64,000 nucleotides of DNA, taken from positions 124,001 through 188,000 of the forward strand of contig NIVC01001036.1 in assembly GCA_002269645.1 (NCBI GenBank), read 5' to 3'. The notes under the pieces are model-generated. The model saw nothing but the letters and a program-made list of their open reading frames with translations. It ran no database searches and was not told the DNA's origin. Of the stretch, positions 54,360 through 64,000 are shown one piece after another. Origin of the DNA: Macrostomum lignano (Eukaryota). Each line of letters opens with the position of its first letter. Within the stretch, counting starts at the first letter, position 1. Both the position numbers and the translations under genes were made by a program.

Positions 54360-54850
54360 GACACTATAGACACTCTCTAGACACTCTCTAGACACTCTAG
54401 ACACTCTCTAGACACTCTAGACACTCACCAGACACTCACCAGACACTCACTAGACACTCACTAGACACTCACCAGACACTCACCTGACACTCACCAGACA
54501 CTCACTAGACACTCACCAGACACTCACCAGACACTCACCAGACACTCACCAGACACTCACCAGACACTCACCAGACACTCACTAGACACTCACCAGACAC
54601 TCACCAGACACTCACCAGACACTCACCAGACACTCACCAGACACTCATTAGACACTCACCAGACACTCACCAGACACTCACCAGACACTCATTAGACACT
54701 CACCAGACACTCACTAGACACTCACCAGACACTCACTAGACACTCACCAGACACTCACCAGACACTCACCAGACACTCACCAGACACTCACCAGACACTC
54801 ACCAGACACTCACCAGACTCCCCAGACACTCCCCAGAGACTCACTAGACT
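54360..54850. repeat. 11-nt minisatellite (CACTCACCAGA; sense strand TCTGGTGAGTG)
   Basis: Tandem periodicity. Confidence 0.96.
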
Positions 54851-54925
54851 CAACACTATTTAACAGCTGTGGTGGGAGATATGTCGTATGTTTGCAAGAG
54901 TAAGTCAGATGAGGATATTATTCAC

Positions 54926-55060
54926 CTCATCTTCCGACTGCTTTGGCGGCTCCTTCTGCTGCTGCTGCTTCATCTGCTTCCGCGTCTTGTAGCCCTTGAA
55001 GCCGGCCTGGATCTTCTCGGCCGCTGCGCCGACCTCAGGATCGTTCAGGTCGATGTCAAC
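54926..55060 (-). CDS. Unit A exon 4, acidic-IQ module (…KQQQQKEPPKQSEDE)
   Basis: gtgacag| ... GAG|GTGAAT, 135 nt. Confidence 0.92.
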
Positions 55061-55154
55061 CTGTCACGGTGATAGATTAATTTGGGATTGTTTATTTATC
55101 AAAATAGTCGAAATAGTGTTGCAGGCAGAAATCGAACTTTCTTCAAGCCTTCAC

Positions 55155-55280
55155 CTCATCTTCGTCTGGTTTCTTCTTATCCTGATTCTTCATCTGTTTC
55201 CGCGTCTTGTAGCCTTTGAAGCCGGCCTGGATTTTCTCGGCCGCCGCCGCCACCTCCGGATCATTCAGGTCGATGTCAAC
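55155..55280 (-). CDS. Unit A exon 3, acidic-IQ module (VDIDLNDPEVAAAAEKIQAGFKGYKTRKQMKNQDKKKPDEDE)
   Basis: ttcttgcag| ... GAG|GTGAAG, 126 nt. Confidence 0.92.
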
Positions 55281-56184
55281 CTGCAAGAAAATTCGTAGTT
55301 TTTCTCCATTTTCTACTATAAGTAGAGTAAGCAGCGAAAATTTAGCAAGCGGGCTTTTTTATTTTAACTGAAAACAAAGCCTACAAAATTGTATGGAAAA
55401 AAGTTGGGCATTTTTCTAGCCGTTTTTTCCTGCCAGAGCAGGGCGGGGGCGGGGGTTTTGAGCGTTGTGTTACAATGAGCTGCTGCAGCCTCTCTGTACT
55501 CCCCATCAAGGGTAGGGATCCCGTTTACCCTCACGCGCCGAAACGTGAGGCAGGTTCGTGCTGGTTGGCAGGATGAATATTTCACAGCCACTAATCATCT
55601 CCATTTGTCTCTCTCGCCCTCTCTCCCCTGAGCTGCCTTGAATTCGTCTCTCTCCCGTCTCTGACTGATGGTTGTTAAGGACGCCAGAACGGTTGCTAGA
55701 GATGATTAGAGAGGCTTTATACTAGCTAAAGCAACTAGGCAAGACTGGCTTAGGGTGAGCGGACCGAGGCCGAACGTCGGTCCTTGAGTCGAGATGAAGC
55801 GGGAGACTATAAATAGCTAGAGCCACTACGTTTTTCCCAGCCAGATTCCCACTGCGGCAGTTTTTTCAACATCAAAGAGAAGCTCAAAAGAGAAATATAT
55901 GAGTAAATAGTACCGAAATCAGCTACCGAACCTGACAGCGGCTTTTCCCTTCGCGACGGCTGAACGGGTACGGCTGAGCACTGTACTCAGTCAGATTCAG
56001 TGTACGCGTCACTTGGGGACAGGAGCGAGCATGGGATTGGGATTGCTGCGCATGGCGGGATTTCGGCCTCTCTAACCCTGCAGCTAGTTGTGACCTCGGA
56101 TATCTGCCTTTCTGCAGTTAGCAGTTTGCTGTGTTCGTCAGTCAGCCCCTGACCATTTGGTAGACGGCATTGTCTGCCTGCCTG

Positions 56185-56245
56185 TCAGCGCTGACACAGA
56201 TATTGTACACCCTGTGTGAGCGTGTGCATGAGTGCATGCCTGTCC
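56185..56245 (+). mobile_element. SINE family A fragment
   Basis: TGTACACCCTGTGTGAGCGTGTGC identical to the copy near 16398. Confidence 0.5.
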
Positions 56246-56337
56246 TATCAGTGGAATGAACAAAATTGCCTCAGCGCTGGTTGTGTGATAATGTCCGCAT
56301 TCGAGGTGCAGAATGGAACTCCGGACAGACAGCTCAC

Positions 56338-56374
56338 CTCGTCCTCCTCAGCAGCGTCTTGGTCGTCCCGAGTT
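56338..56374 (-). CDS. Unit A exon 2, 37-nt linker ((A)TRDDQDAAEEDE)
   Basis: ttgcag| ... GAG|GTGAGC; converts the phase-2 end of exon 1 to the phase 0 required by exon 3. Confidence 0.8.
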
Positions 56375-56865
56375 CTGCAACGGTTTTTTTAGAGTAAAAA
56401 TTTATCCAGTTGGTCACTCAGGGATAAAAACTGATCCCGTCTTGCCCATTAAATGCATGAATCACAGATTCCCCTATTTTAATCCGGCGGAAAGAGACGA
56501 AAATGATTAGAAATTTCTAATCAGACTAAGATAGGCAAGAATGTTAAACTGATCAATCTGCTTATTTCTGTATTCTGCTCTTACTAAAGCAATCGAAGAT
56601 ACACGACAACTGTAACGCAAGAAAATTTCCAACCCGAACGCTTTTAGAAGCAAAATTGCAGGGTAAGAATTCAGCAGCGTCTCTCAGCCCTCAGTCTTAC
56701 AACTATTTTCCTTTAAGAGGCGAGGACAGCGCGCAGGGAATAGAAAGGGGATGGACACAAAATCCGTAATCGCAATCCCATTCTTAATCAGGCCGAGCAA
56801 TCCAGACTTAATCCCCTTCCCGAGTGACACGAGAAAAAGCATTATTTTGCGCGCCATTTGTATCC

Positions 56866-58150
56866 AGTGACACAAGCTCTCAGACAATCTGACTGTAGTC
56901 ACACAAGCTCGCAGACAATCTGACTGTAGTGACACAAGCTCTCAGACAATCAGACTGCAGTGACACAAGCTCGCAGACAATCTGACTGTAGTGACACAAG
57001 CTCGCAGACAATCTGACTGTAGTGACACAAGCTCGCAAACAATCTGACTGTAGTGACACAAGCTCTCAGACAATCTGACTGTAGTGACACAAGCTCGCAG
57101 ACAATCTGACTGTAGTGACACAAGCTCGCAGACAATCTGACTGTAGTGACACAAGCTCGCAGACAATCTGACTGTAGTGACACAAGCTCGCAGACAATCA
57201 GACTGCAAGCTCGCAGACAATCTCACTGTAGTGACACAAGCTTGCAGACAATCTGACTGTAGTGACACAAGCTCGCAGACAATCTGACTGTAGTGACACA
57301 AGCTCGCAGACAATCAGACTGCAAGCTCGCAGACAATCTGACTGCAGTGACACAAGCTCTCAGACAATCTGACTGTAGTGACACAAGCTCTCAGACAATC
57401 TGACTGCAGTGACACAAGCTCTCAGACAATCTGACTGTAGTGACACAAGCTCTCAGACAATCTGACTATAGTGACACAAGCTCGCAGACAATCTGACTGC
57501 AGTGACACAAGCTCTCAGACAATTTGACTGTAGTGACACAAGCTCTCAGACAATCTGACTGTAGTGACACAAGCTCGCAGACAATCAGACTGCAAGCTCT
57601 CAGACAATCTGACTGTAGTGACACAAGCTCGCAGACAATCTGACTGTAGTGACACAAGCTCGCAGACAATCTGACTGCAGTGACACAAGCTCTCAGACAA
57701 TTTGACTGTAGTGACACAAGCTCTCAGACAATCTGACTGTAGTGACACAAGCTCGCAGACAATCAGACTGCAAGCTCTCAGACAATCTGACTGTAGTGAC
57801 ACAAGCTCGCAGACAATCAGACTGCAGTGACACAAGCTCGCAGACAATCTGACTGTAGTGACACAAGCTCGCAGACAATCTGACTGTAGTGACACAAGCT
57901 CGCAGACAATCTGACTGCAGTGACACAAGCTCGCAAACAATCTGACTGCAGTGACACAAGCTCGCAGACAATCTGACTGCAGTGACACAAGCTCGCAAAC
58001 AATCTGACTGCAGTGACACAAGCTCGCAGACAATCTGACTGCAGTGACACAAGCTCGCAGACAATCTGACTGCAGTGACACAAGCGAGCAGACAATCTGA
58101 CTGTAGTGACACAAGCTCGCAGACAATCTGACTGCAGTGACACAAGCGAG
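56866..58150. repeat. 31-nt minisatellite (GTGACACAAGCTCGCAGACAATCTGACTGTA), ~41 copies
   Basis: Tandem periodicity. Confidence 0.97.
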
Positions 58151-58995
58151 CAGAAATATCTACAAAAGCCCCCTCTGGTACCTGCAGCACAGTGAGGGAA
58201 AGCATTCAAGATTAAATTTGCTTTTGAAAGATAAATAACTACGCTCGTAAGAATCTGGTCCTTTATCTATAAGTTCATAGTGACAAAGAATCCTTCAAAT
58301 TAGCTCGTAGTAGTTCTTCCTGTTAAGTCATCTGCACTCGAAAGTAGTCCAACTGCGAGTATATAGAGCACCAAGTACTAATGCTCTCATACATAGTGTG
58401 GGGTTAGGATATAATGAACTGACTAGCTGAATCCAGGTGAAGAGGGTGCCAGGTGAAGAGGACTCAGAGGGAGAAATGGGAAATGAGAGCGGGCATAGAG
58501 CCAATCCCACCGTGCACCCGCCCCACCCCGCGGAGTACTCTGCCTGTTGCTATGCAAATGCTACTCTCTACCCTGTTCTCATTTTTCCTGGCCTGAACAT
58601 TGAGCATTTCTCAAACCTGCCCCCATTTCTTGACCGCTGCATCATGGATATAGATCCGGCTAGATATGAGCTGCGCCCTGGTTCAGGTCCTCAGCGAGGT
58701 CAACCGTTGCATTTTGCACTCCCGCCTTTGCCACAAATATTTATCAATTCCTTGTTTGTACCCTACTAAGCTTTGAAGTCCAGAGAGTGCAATCTTGCCG
58801 ACGTTACTCGCCGATCTTCAAAGTCTGCACTGAGCAGAAATAGGGGACAGATTTGCCCATGTTGAAAGCGGAAGCGCACCATGTTATGGGGAGGGGGTAG
58901 GGGACAGAGTGGGAGCTGAAAACTAATTTTGTTAAAATTGCTTTTAAGCATGGAGGCCGAGACGCGACGCACTTTGCAAATGACTGGTTTGGCGA

Positions 58996-59364
58996 GGCTA
59001 GGGTTAGGGCTAGGGTTAGGGCTAGGGTTAGGGCTAGGGTTAGGGCTAGGGTTTGGGTTTGGGCTAGGGTTAGGGCTAGGGTTAGGGCTAGGGTTAGGGC
59101 TAGGGTTTGGGTTTGGGCTAGGGTTAGGGCTAGGGTTAGGGCTAGGGTTTGGGTTTGGGCTAGGGTTAGGGCTAGGGTTAGGGCTAGGGTTAGGGCTAGG
59201 GCTAGGGTTAGGGCTAGGGTTAGGGCTAGGGTTTGGGTTTGGGCTAGGGTTAGGGCTAGGGTTAGGGCTAGGGTTTGGGTTTGGGCTAGGGTTAGGGCTA
59301 GGGTTAGGGCTAGGGTTTGGGTTTGGGCTAGGGTTTGGGCTAGGGTTAGGGTTTGGGTTTGGGT
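58996..59364 (+). repeat. Interstitial telomere-variant array (GGGCTA GGGTTA)n with GGGTTT hexamers
   Basis: Direct; ~60 G3-containing hexamers. Confidence 0.95.
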
Positions 59365-59923
59365 GAAGCTAACACCGGTTTAAGTCAGACCGGATGGAGG
59401 AGAGATGCTGAATATAAAGATGAAGATTCTTGGAGACTTTGAAGACAAAGACAAAGGCGGAAAGTGTAAAATGGTCTATAAACTTGAGAACTAAAGAATT
59501 TAATTCAACATGGGCCGCAGTTGCGCAGTGAGAAATGTTGGCACAAGCCGCTTAGAAGAGAGAATTTCGGTTCAATGCAATTTGACGACAGTGCAGAGAA
59601 GAAAGAGAATGGGAATTGCATACAGAGCGGAGAGAGAGAGAGAGAGAGAGTTAACGAACAACCTGGGATGCCTTTCTCGGCCATTTGTTTGACTTGGGCC
59701 CAGCTTCCTCTCAGACAACACAGAGTTTCTGTCGGGCTCATTCTACTCACTCTGTAGGGCCTTCGCTTTCTGAGATAGAAAAACTGAATAGTACAGAGCA
59801 ACTGGTGCACCGCTCTGTCTCACTCCATCGGTCTGTCGACTCTTAACAGTTCAATCTATAGGGAAAAGTGCGAAAACATTGAGTAGAAAGTAAAGGAAAA
59901 TTAAAGAAAGTGAGGAGATCTCG

Positions 59924-60146
<223 letters not shown>

Positions 60147-60159
60147 ACCCCGGTCAGAC

Positions 60160-60330
60160 AGGGGTTTTCGGGAGGGCACAGGGGTTTTCGGGAGGACACC
60201 GGGGTTTTCGGGAGAGCACAGGGGTTTTCGGGAGGGCACCGGGGTTTTCGGGAGGGCACCGGGGTTTTCGGGAGGGCACCGGGGTTTTCGGGAGGGCACA
60301 GGGGTTTTCGGGAGGGCACAGGGGTTTTCG
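60160..60330. repeat. 20-nt minisatellite (GGGGTTTTCGGGAGGGCACC)
   Basis: Direct. Confidence 0.96.
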
Positions 60331-60539
60331 CTAGCACATGGGTTATGTAAACGGAAGCCAAGTTGTGTTAAAAATTGAATGCTTACATGTAACATTATGG
60401 CGATATGAAGCCTGAAGCTTGAAGAATCTGTGTCGAATTTTTAGACCCCGGTGAAATTTCCGTTATTGCCAGCATCAGACCTTCAAAACCTTCAATCCTA
60501 TTTTCAAAAATTTTCCCAAGATATGCGCCTGAAACTCAC

Positions 60540-60949
60540 GCGCTGTCGCCGTTCCGACGCTCCTGATGGCCGCGCACGGCCGCCTGGATGTCGCCGGCTG
60601 CTCGATCCCGCCGGAGCTGCTCAGCCTCGCGCTGCGCCGCTCGCCGCCTGAAGTCAGACTGGATGACCACGGAGGCCTGCTGCTGGCGCGCATCGCTGGC
60701 ATCGCCGACCACTCGGCCGTCGCCGAACTTGGCGCCGTTGCGTAGCCGGTCTTGCAGCCGAAGCGCCAGCTGGGCCGGGTCCTCCTCACCCGTCTCCTCC
60801 CGACGGCGGAGCATCTCTTCGAAGTACAAGGCGCCGAAGGAGTAGATGTCTGATGGCTGGTTGCGCAGCACCTCGCGCGTGAAGCCCTCCAGCAGGGCCT
60901 GGAAGCCGTGCGGCACGCGCAGCCGAGAGTTGCTGATTGGAGCGGACAT
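60540..60949 (-). CDS. SPA17: Unit A exon 1: SPA17-like RIIa dimerization/docking domain plus two IQ motifs
   Basis: MSAPISNSRLRVPHGFQALLEGFTREVLRNQPSDIYSFGALYFEEMLRRREET closely parallels the Sp17 N-terminus (MSIPFSNTHYRIPQGFGNLLEGLTREILREQPDNIPAFAAAYFESLLEKREKT, from memory); donor GC|GTGAGT phase 2. Confidence 0.9.
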
Positions 60950-62392
60950 TTTACGACAGCTTGAGCGGCTTGGCTAAAAAAATTTCAGTTTTCATCGATG
61001 GGAATGATTAACAAATTAGAAATAGACGCACGAATTAGTTATTCGTTGAATCAAAATCAATTTATTTGACAATATATAAAATATACACTACTTTTATTGA
61101 AAACAAATATTAAATTGTTCTATCCATATTTGAAAAAAATTGATGTGCTGTTAGAGTATAATATAGGAACTAAGAAAAATTAAAATCATTACTATAATCT
61201 TATTTGATTAATCTAATTAATCTTTTTTGATGCTATAATCTTTTCTTTTAGTTTGTGCAAGCATTCACAAACAAGCACACAATTCACAAACAATTCACAA
61301 AAATTTTATATGTTTCACAGGGTAAATTATTTAAAAATTACCTTTTGAGGAAGGCCAAATAGTTATTAACTAAGAAAAACTAAATACACAAAACTATGGC
61401 AAACATAGTCAATAAATAATAATTTAAAATAATTTATACACTGTATGCTCATTAGAAGCCTTTTCATTGATTTTTAAAGTGCAGCTAAAATTTACATTTT
61501 CGCATTTTAACTTCGAAAAAATAACAAAAAGTAAAAACTTACCAAGATTGATGATGCTATAGCAAGTTACCGAACCGACACGTGCACGTACACAAGATAG
61601 ATTTACTGGACGAAGATGGCTAACTTCGATAAATTGAAAATCTTCTTCACACAATTTTCGCGAACTGGTGAAACAAACTCAATATCTTTTATTCATCTAT
61701 TTCAAAACTAAAAATATTCATTCTTATGACTAAGATTTTGAGTTTCAAAAATTAATAAAGGTGAGTAATAATTTTTGTTTTAATCGGCACAATAAAACCG
61801 TTAAGTTTCAATCTATAATCAGGAAAGCCATTTGTTCAGATTTTACATACTGTTTGATTGTTTTGAAGACTATACATGCCCTGCCATATATTGATATTTT
61901 TATTTTATTTCAAACCATTTATATTTCTTCTTCAAAACGGTCAGCTTGCCATCGCGATTCTAAAAAATAATATTCTGGTAATCTCATCTGTATTACATAT
62001 ACAATTTTTTTTGTAAATTGATTAAGTAGTATCTGCGATTTAGGCACCCGGTTTTTAAATCGATAGTCCAAAAACAGTTTATTTCTACTACTACAATTTA
62101 CTACTATAGTGGTAAATTTTCCTAATCTTACTGCACAAAAATTTTTAGAATATGTAAATTGTAGTTTCAAATTCGTCCTTGAAATCCACGATTATTCGGT
62201 AAATTCAGCAACTCGGACAATCCTTTTTTAATCTAGCTGCATGGTTAATACGCCATGACATTTGAGTATTCCTTGCTAGATTTTGGTTTGATTAAGAATC
62301 GGTGAACCAAATTAATGATCCTTTATAATTTTGCATGTCATACATACATGTATATGTATAAATTGCCAAAATTAAATTCTGTGCCTAATCTC

Positions 62393-62530
62393 CAAGGCAC
62401 AGAGTTGTACATGCCTATACATGTAGATTTTAGGCGTGCCTGCGTACAGTATTGGCGCTCTTGTATGATGTACTCTGGAGTCAGCGCAATGGGCTGAATT
62501 GCCTCACCACTGGTTGTGGGATGTGCGAAT
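62393..62530 (+). mobile_element. Diverged SINE family A copy
   Basis: CCAAGGCACAG..GTACATGCCT..CGTGCCTGCGTAC..CTTGTATG..AATGGG..GGTTGTG collinear with 16348-16500. Confidence 0.6.
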
Positions 62531-62864
62531 ACATATACTCATATGATATTATGACCGCACATTCCTTGGCTAGGGTAGGGCTCCATGTACAAAGACAGCC
62601 CTTAAGTCTTTCACGCTACTTACACCGTACACACGCTGAACTTTCAGGGGCAGCGCGCCAACCCACACCGCCTCCAGTTAAAAAATCTGAGCTATCATTT
62701 ACCCCCCGCTGAAGATTTCTGATTGGCTCTGGTAGGGCAGAACTGATTGCACAATTCACTCGACACTTGCACAGATTATATAAGGCATTTATTCATTTTT
62801 TATTTATCATCACCCTCCTATTGTGTGAGCAGACTCAACACACCAGGCTCAGTTCAGCTGAAGC

Positions 62865-63539
62865 ATGCCAGCCATCTCCGGTCTTGTCCTCAGCTGCTGC
62901 GGTCGCTCCTCCAACGATGCTGCAGCTGCCGACGCGGCCGCCGACGCAGCCAAACCAGCCGATACTGAACCGCCGCCGATGCCCGATCCCACTAGCCGTC
63001 AGCTGCCAGAGAGCGAGCCGGCCGCTTGGCACCCGTCTTTGGTCGCTTTCAACGTCTACGAGCCGCAGTCGATGGCGGCAGCGGCTGCCTCAGCTGGCCG
63101 AGTCGCCCCAAACACTGCAGCAGCCGCAGTAGCCGCTCCAGCCGTCTCCCCGATGAAGTCGGAGCCGCAGCGTCAGCCGCAGCAGAGCTGCCGAGCCTGC
63201 CTTCAAGGCTGCCAGCCGAACAATGCATGGCTGCCCGGGTGCAGCAGCCTGCGCCGCTATCAGAAGCGCAGCGAGAGCCCGATGTTCAACCCCTACCTGA
63301 GGCCGCGCAGCTGCACCAGCTTAGAAGACATTCGAATCTGGTCGCAGCGCAAAACCAGCGCCCTGCTGATGGCCGCCGCCGCCGCCACCGCCGCCGCCAC
63401 CGCAGATTTGACAGACTCGGGCACGGCCGAATCGAATAGCAACTGCAGCATTGACTTCGTGAGCTACGCTAGCGACAGCAGCAATGCCAATTCTAGAAGC
63501 CCGCCAGATATTGAACTGTCCGGCTACTTTGGTCAGTAG
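62865..63539 (+). CDS. Unknown Ala/Ser/Pro-rich protein, 224 aa (single exon or first exon)
   Basis: GC-rich island in AT-rich flanks; in-frame TGA just upstream of ATG; N-terminal SCCG; possible donor TTTG|GTCAGT just before the stop; no family recognised. Confidence 0.6.
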   Translation: MPAISGLVLSCCGRSSNDAAAADAAADAAKPADTEPPPMPDPTSRQLPESEPAAWHPSLVAFNVYEPQSMAAAAASAGRVAPNTAAAAVAAPAVSPMKSEPQRQPQQSCRACLQGCQPNNAWLPGCSSLRRYQKRSESPMFNPYLRPRSCTSLEDIRIWSQRKTSALLMAAAAATAAATADLTDSGTAESNSNCSIDFVSYASDSSNANSRSPPDIELSGYFGQ

Positions 63540-64000
63540 CAGCATGCCTTGTGTTATCAGTGAATCTGAGTTTTACAAATTAAGCATATCTTTGTATGAG
63601 CTCGTGCTTGCCTAAAACATACTTAGTGACTTTTAATTGGAATTTACTAATAACAGACGAGCATTAGATAGGGACTGCGCTGGTCAACTAGTCGGACCAC
63701 GCGTTTCCCAGGACTTTCTATTTCTTAACTATATTAACATTAAAGAAATAAATTTTTACGCGGCAAACCTAGGCCAGATATTTTTAAGCGTGTTTTACTT
63801 TCTTGGCCGAACAAAATTAATTGACTTGACTTTCGTAAGCAAACGTGTAATTTTTTTCAAGATTTGATACTCCACGCTAGCTACTTATAACACTATATCG
63901 AGTAGACTTGTCTGTCCCTTGAAATAGAAGGGTCTAATCAGTTTGTCAGCCTCTCAGACAGTTGCCAGCCGACATTTACCAGCCGACAGTTGCCAACCAG

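Noticed and set aside
58996-59364. True chromosome end
   Set aside because: Internal, flanked by unique intronic sequence on both sides
60448-60480. Alternative exon 2 candidate just after exon 1 (SDAGNNGNFTG)
   Set aside because: No credible donor; exon 56338-56374 gives a better phase-correct link

Overview
Eukaryotic (metazoan) genomic DNA with spliceosomal GT-AG introns. About 30 unrelated mini/microsatellite arrays cover roughly 30% of the window by my tally. The style (huge, diverse intronic minisatellites; Gln/Ala-rich GC-rich exons) resembles the flatworm Macrostomum, but species identity is inference only. The dominant feature is a minus-strand calmodulin-binding IQ-motif locus (32346-60949) that I reconstructed exon by exon from splice signals and frame continuity. 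Unit A (60949-47349): SPA17-like RIIa D/D domain + 2 IQ, six phase-0 exons each encoding a PEP-19/neurogranin-like acidic-IQ module (VDIDLTDPEVGAAAEKIQAGFKGYKTRKQMK), a 2.9 kb exon with ~53 EEQRKLEEQM repeats plus one IQ, and a Cys-rich exon. Unit B (42007-32346): its own ATG (MPFGCFGKRKKK, GAP-43-like membrane anchor) and 4 IQ motifs, 419 aa. A and B are phase-compatible and could be one gene with up to 13 IQs. Also present: a divergent plus-strand ORF (62865-63539), a probable signal-peptide exon (15148-14998), a 5'-truncated RNase H-type LINE with TSD, two tRNA-derived SINE families, a hAT-type and a MULE-type MITE with TIRs/TSDs, and an interstitial telomere-variant array. Several intronic minisatellites appear to be amplified splice junctions. 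Most long ORFs in the supplied track are tandem-repeat read-throughs. No transcript data are available, so all gene models are predictions.
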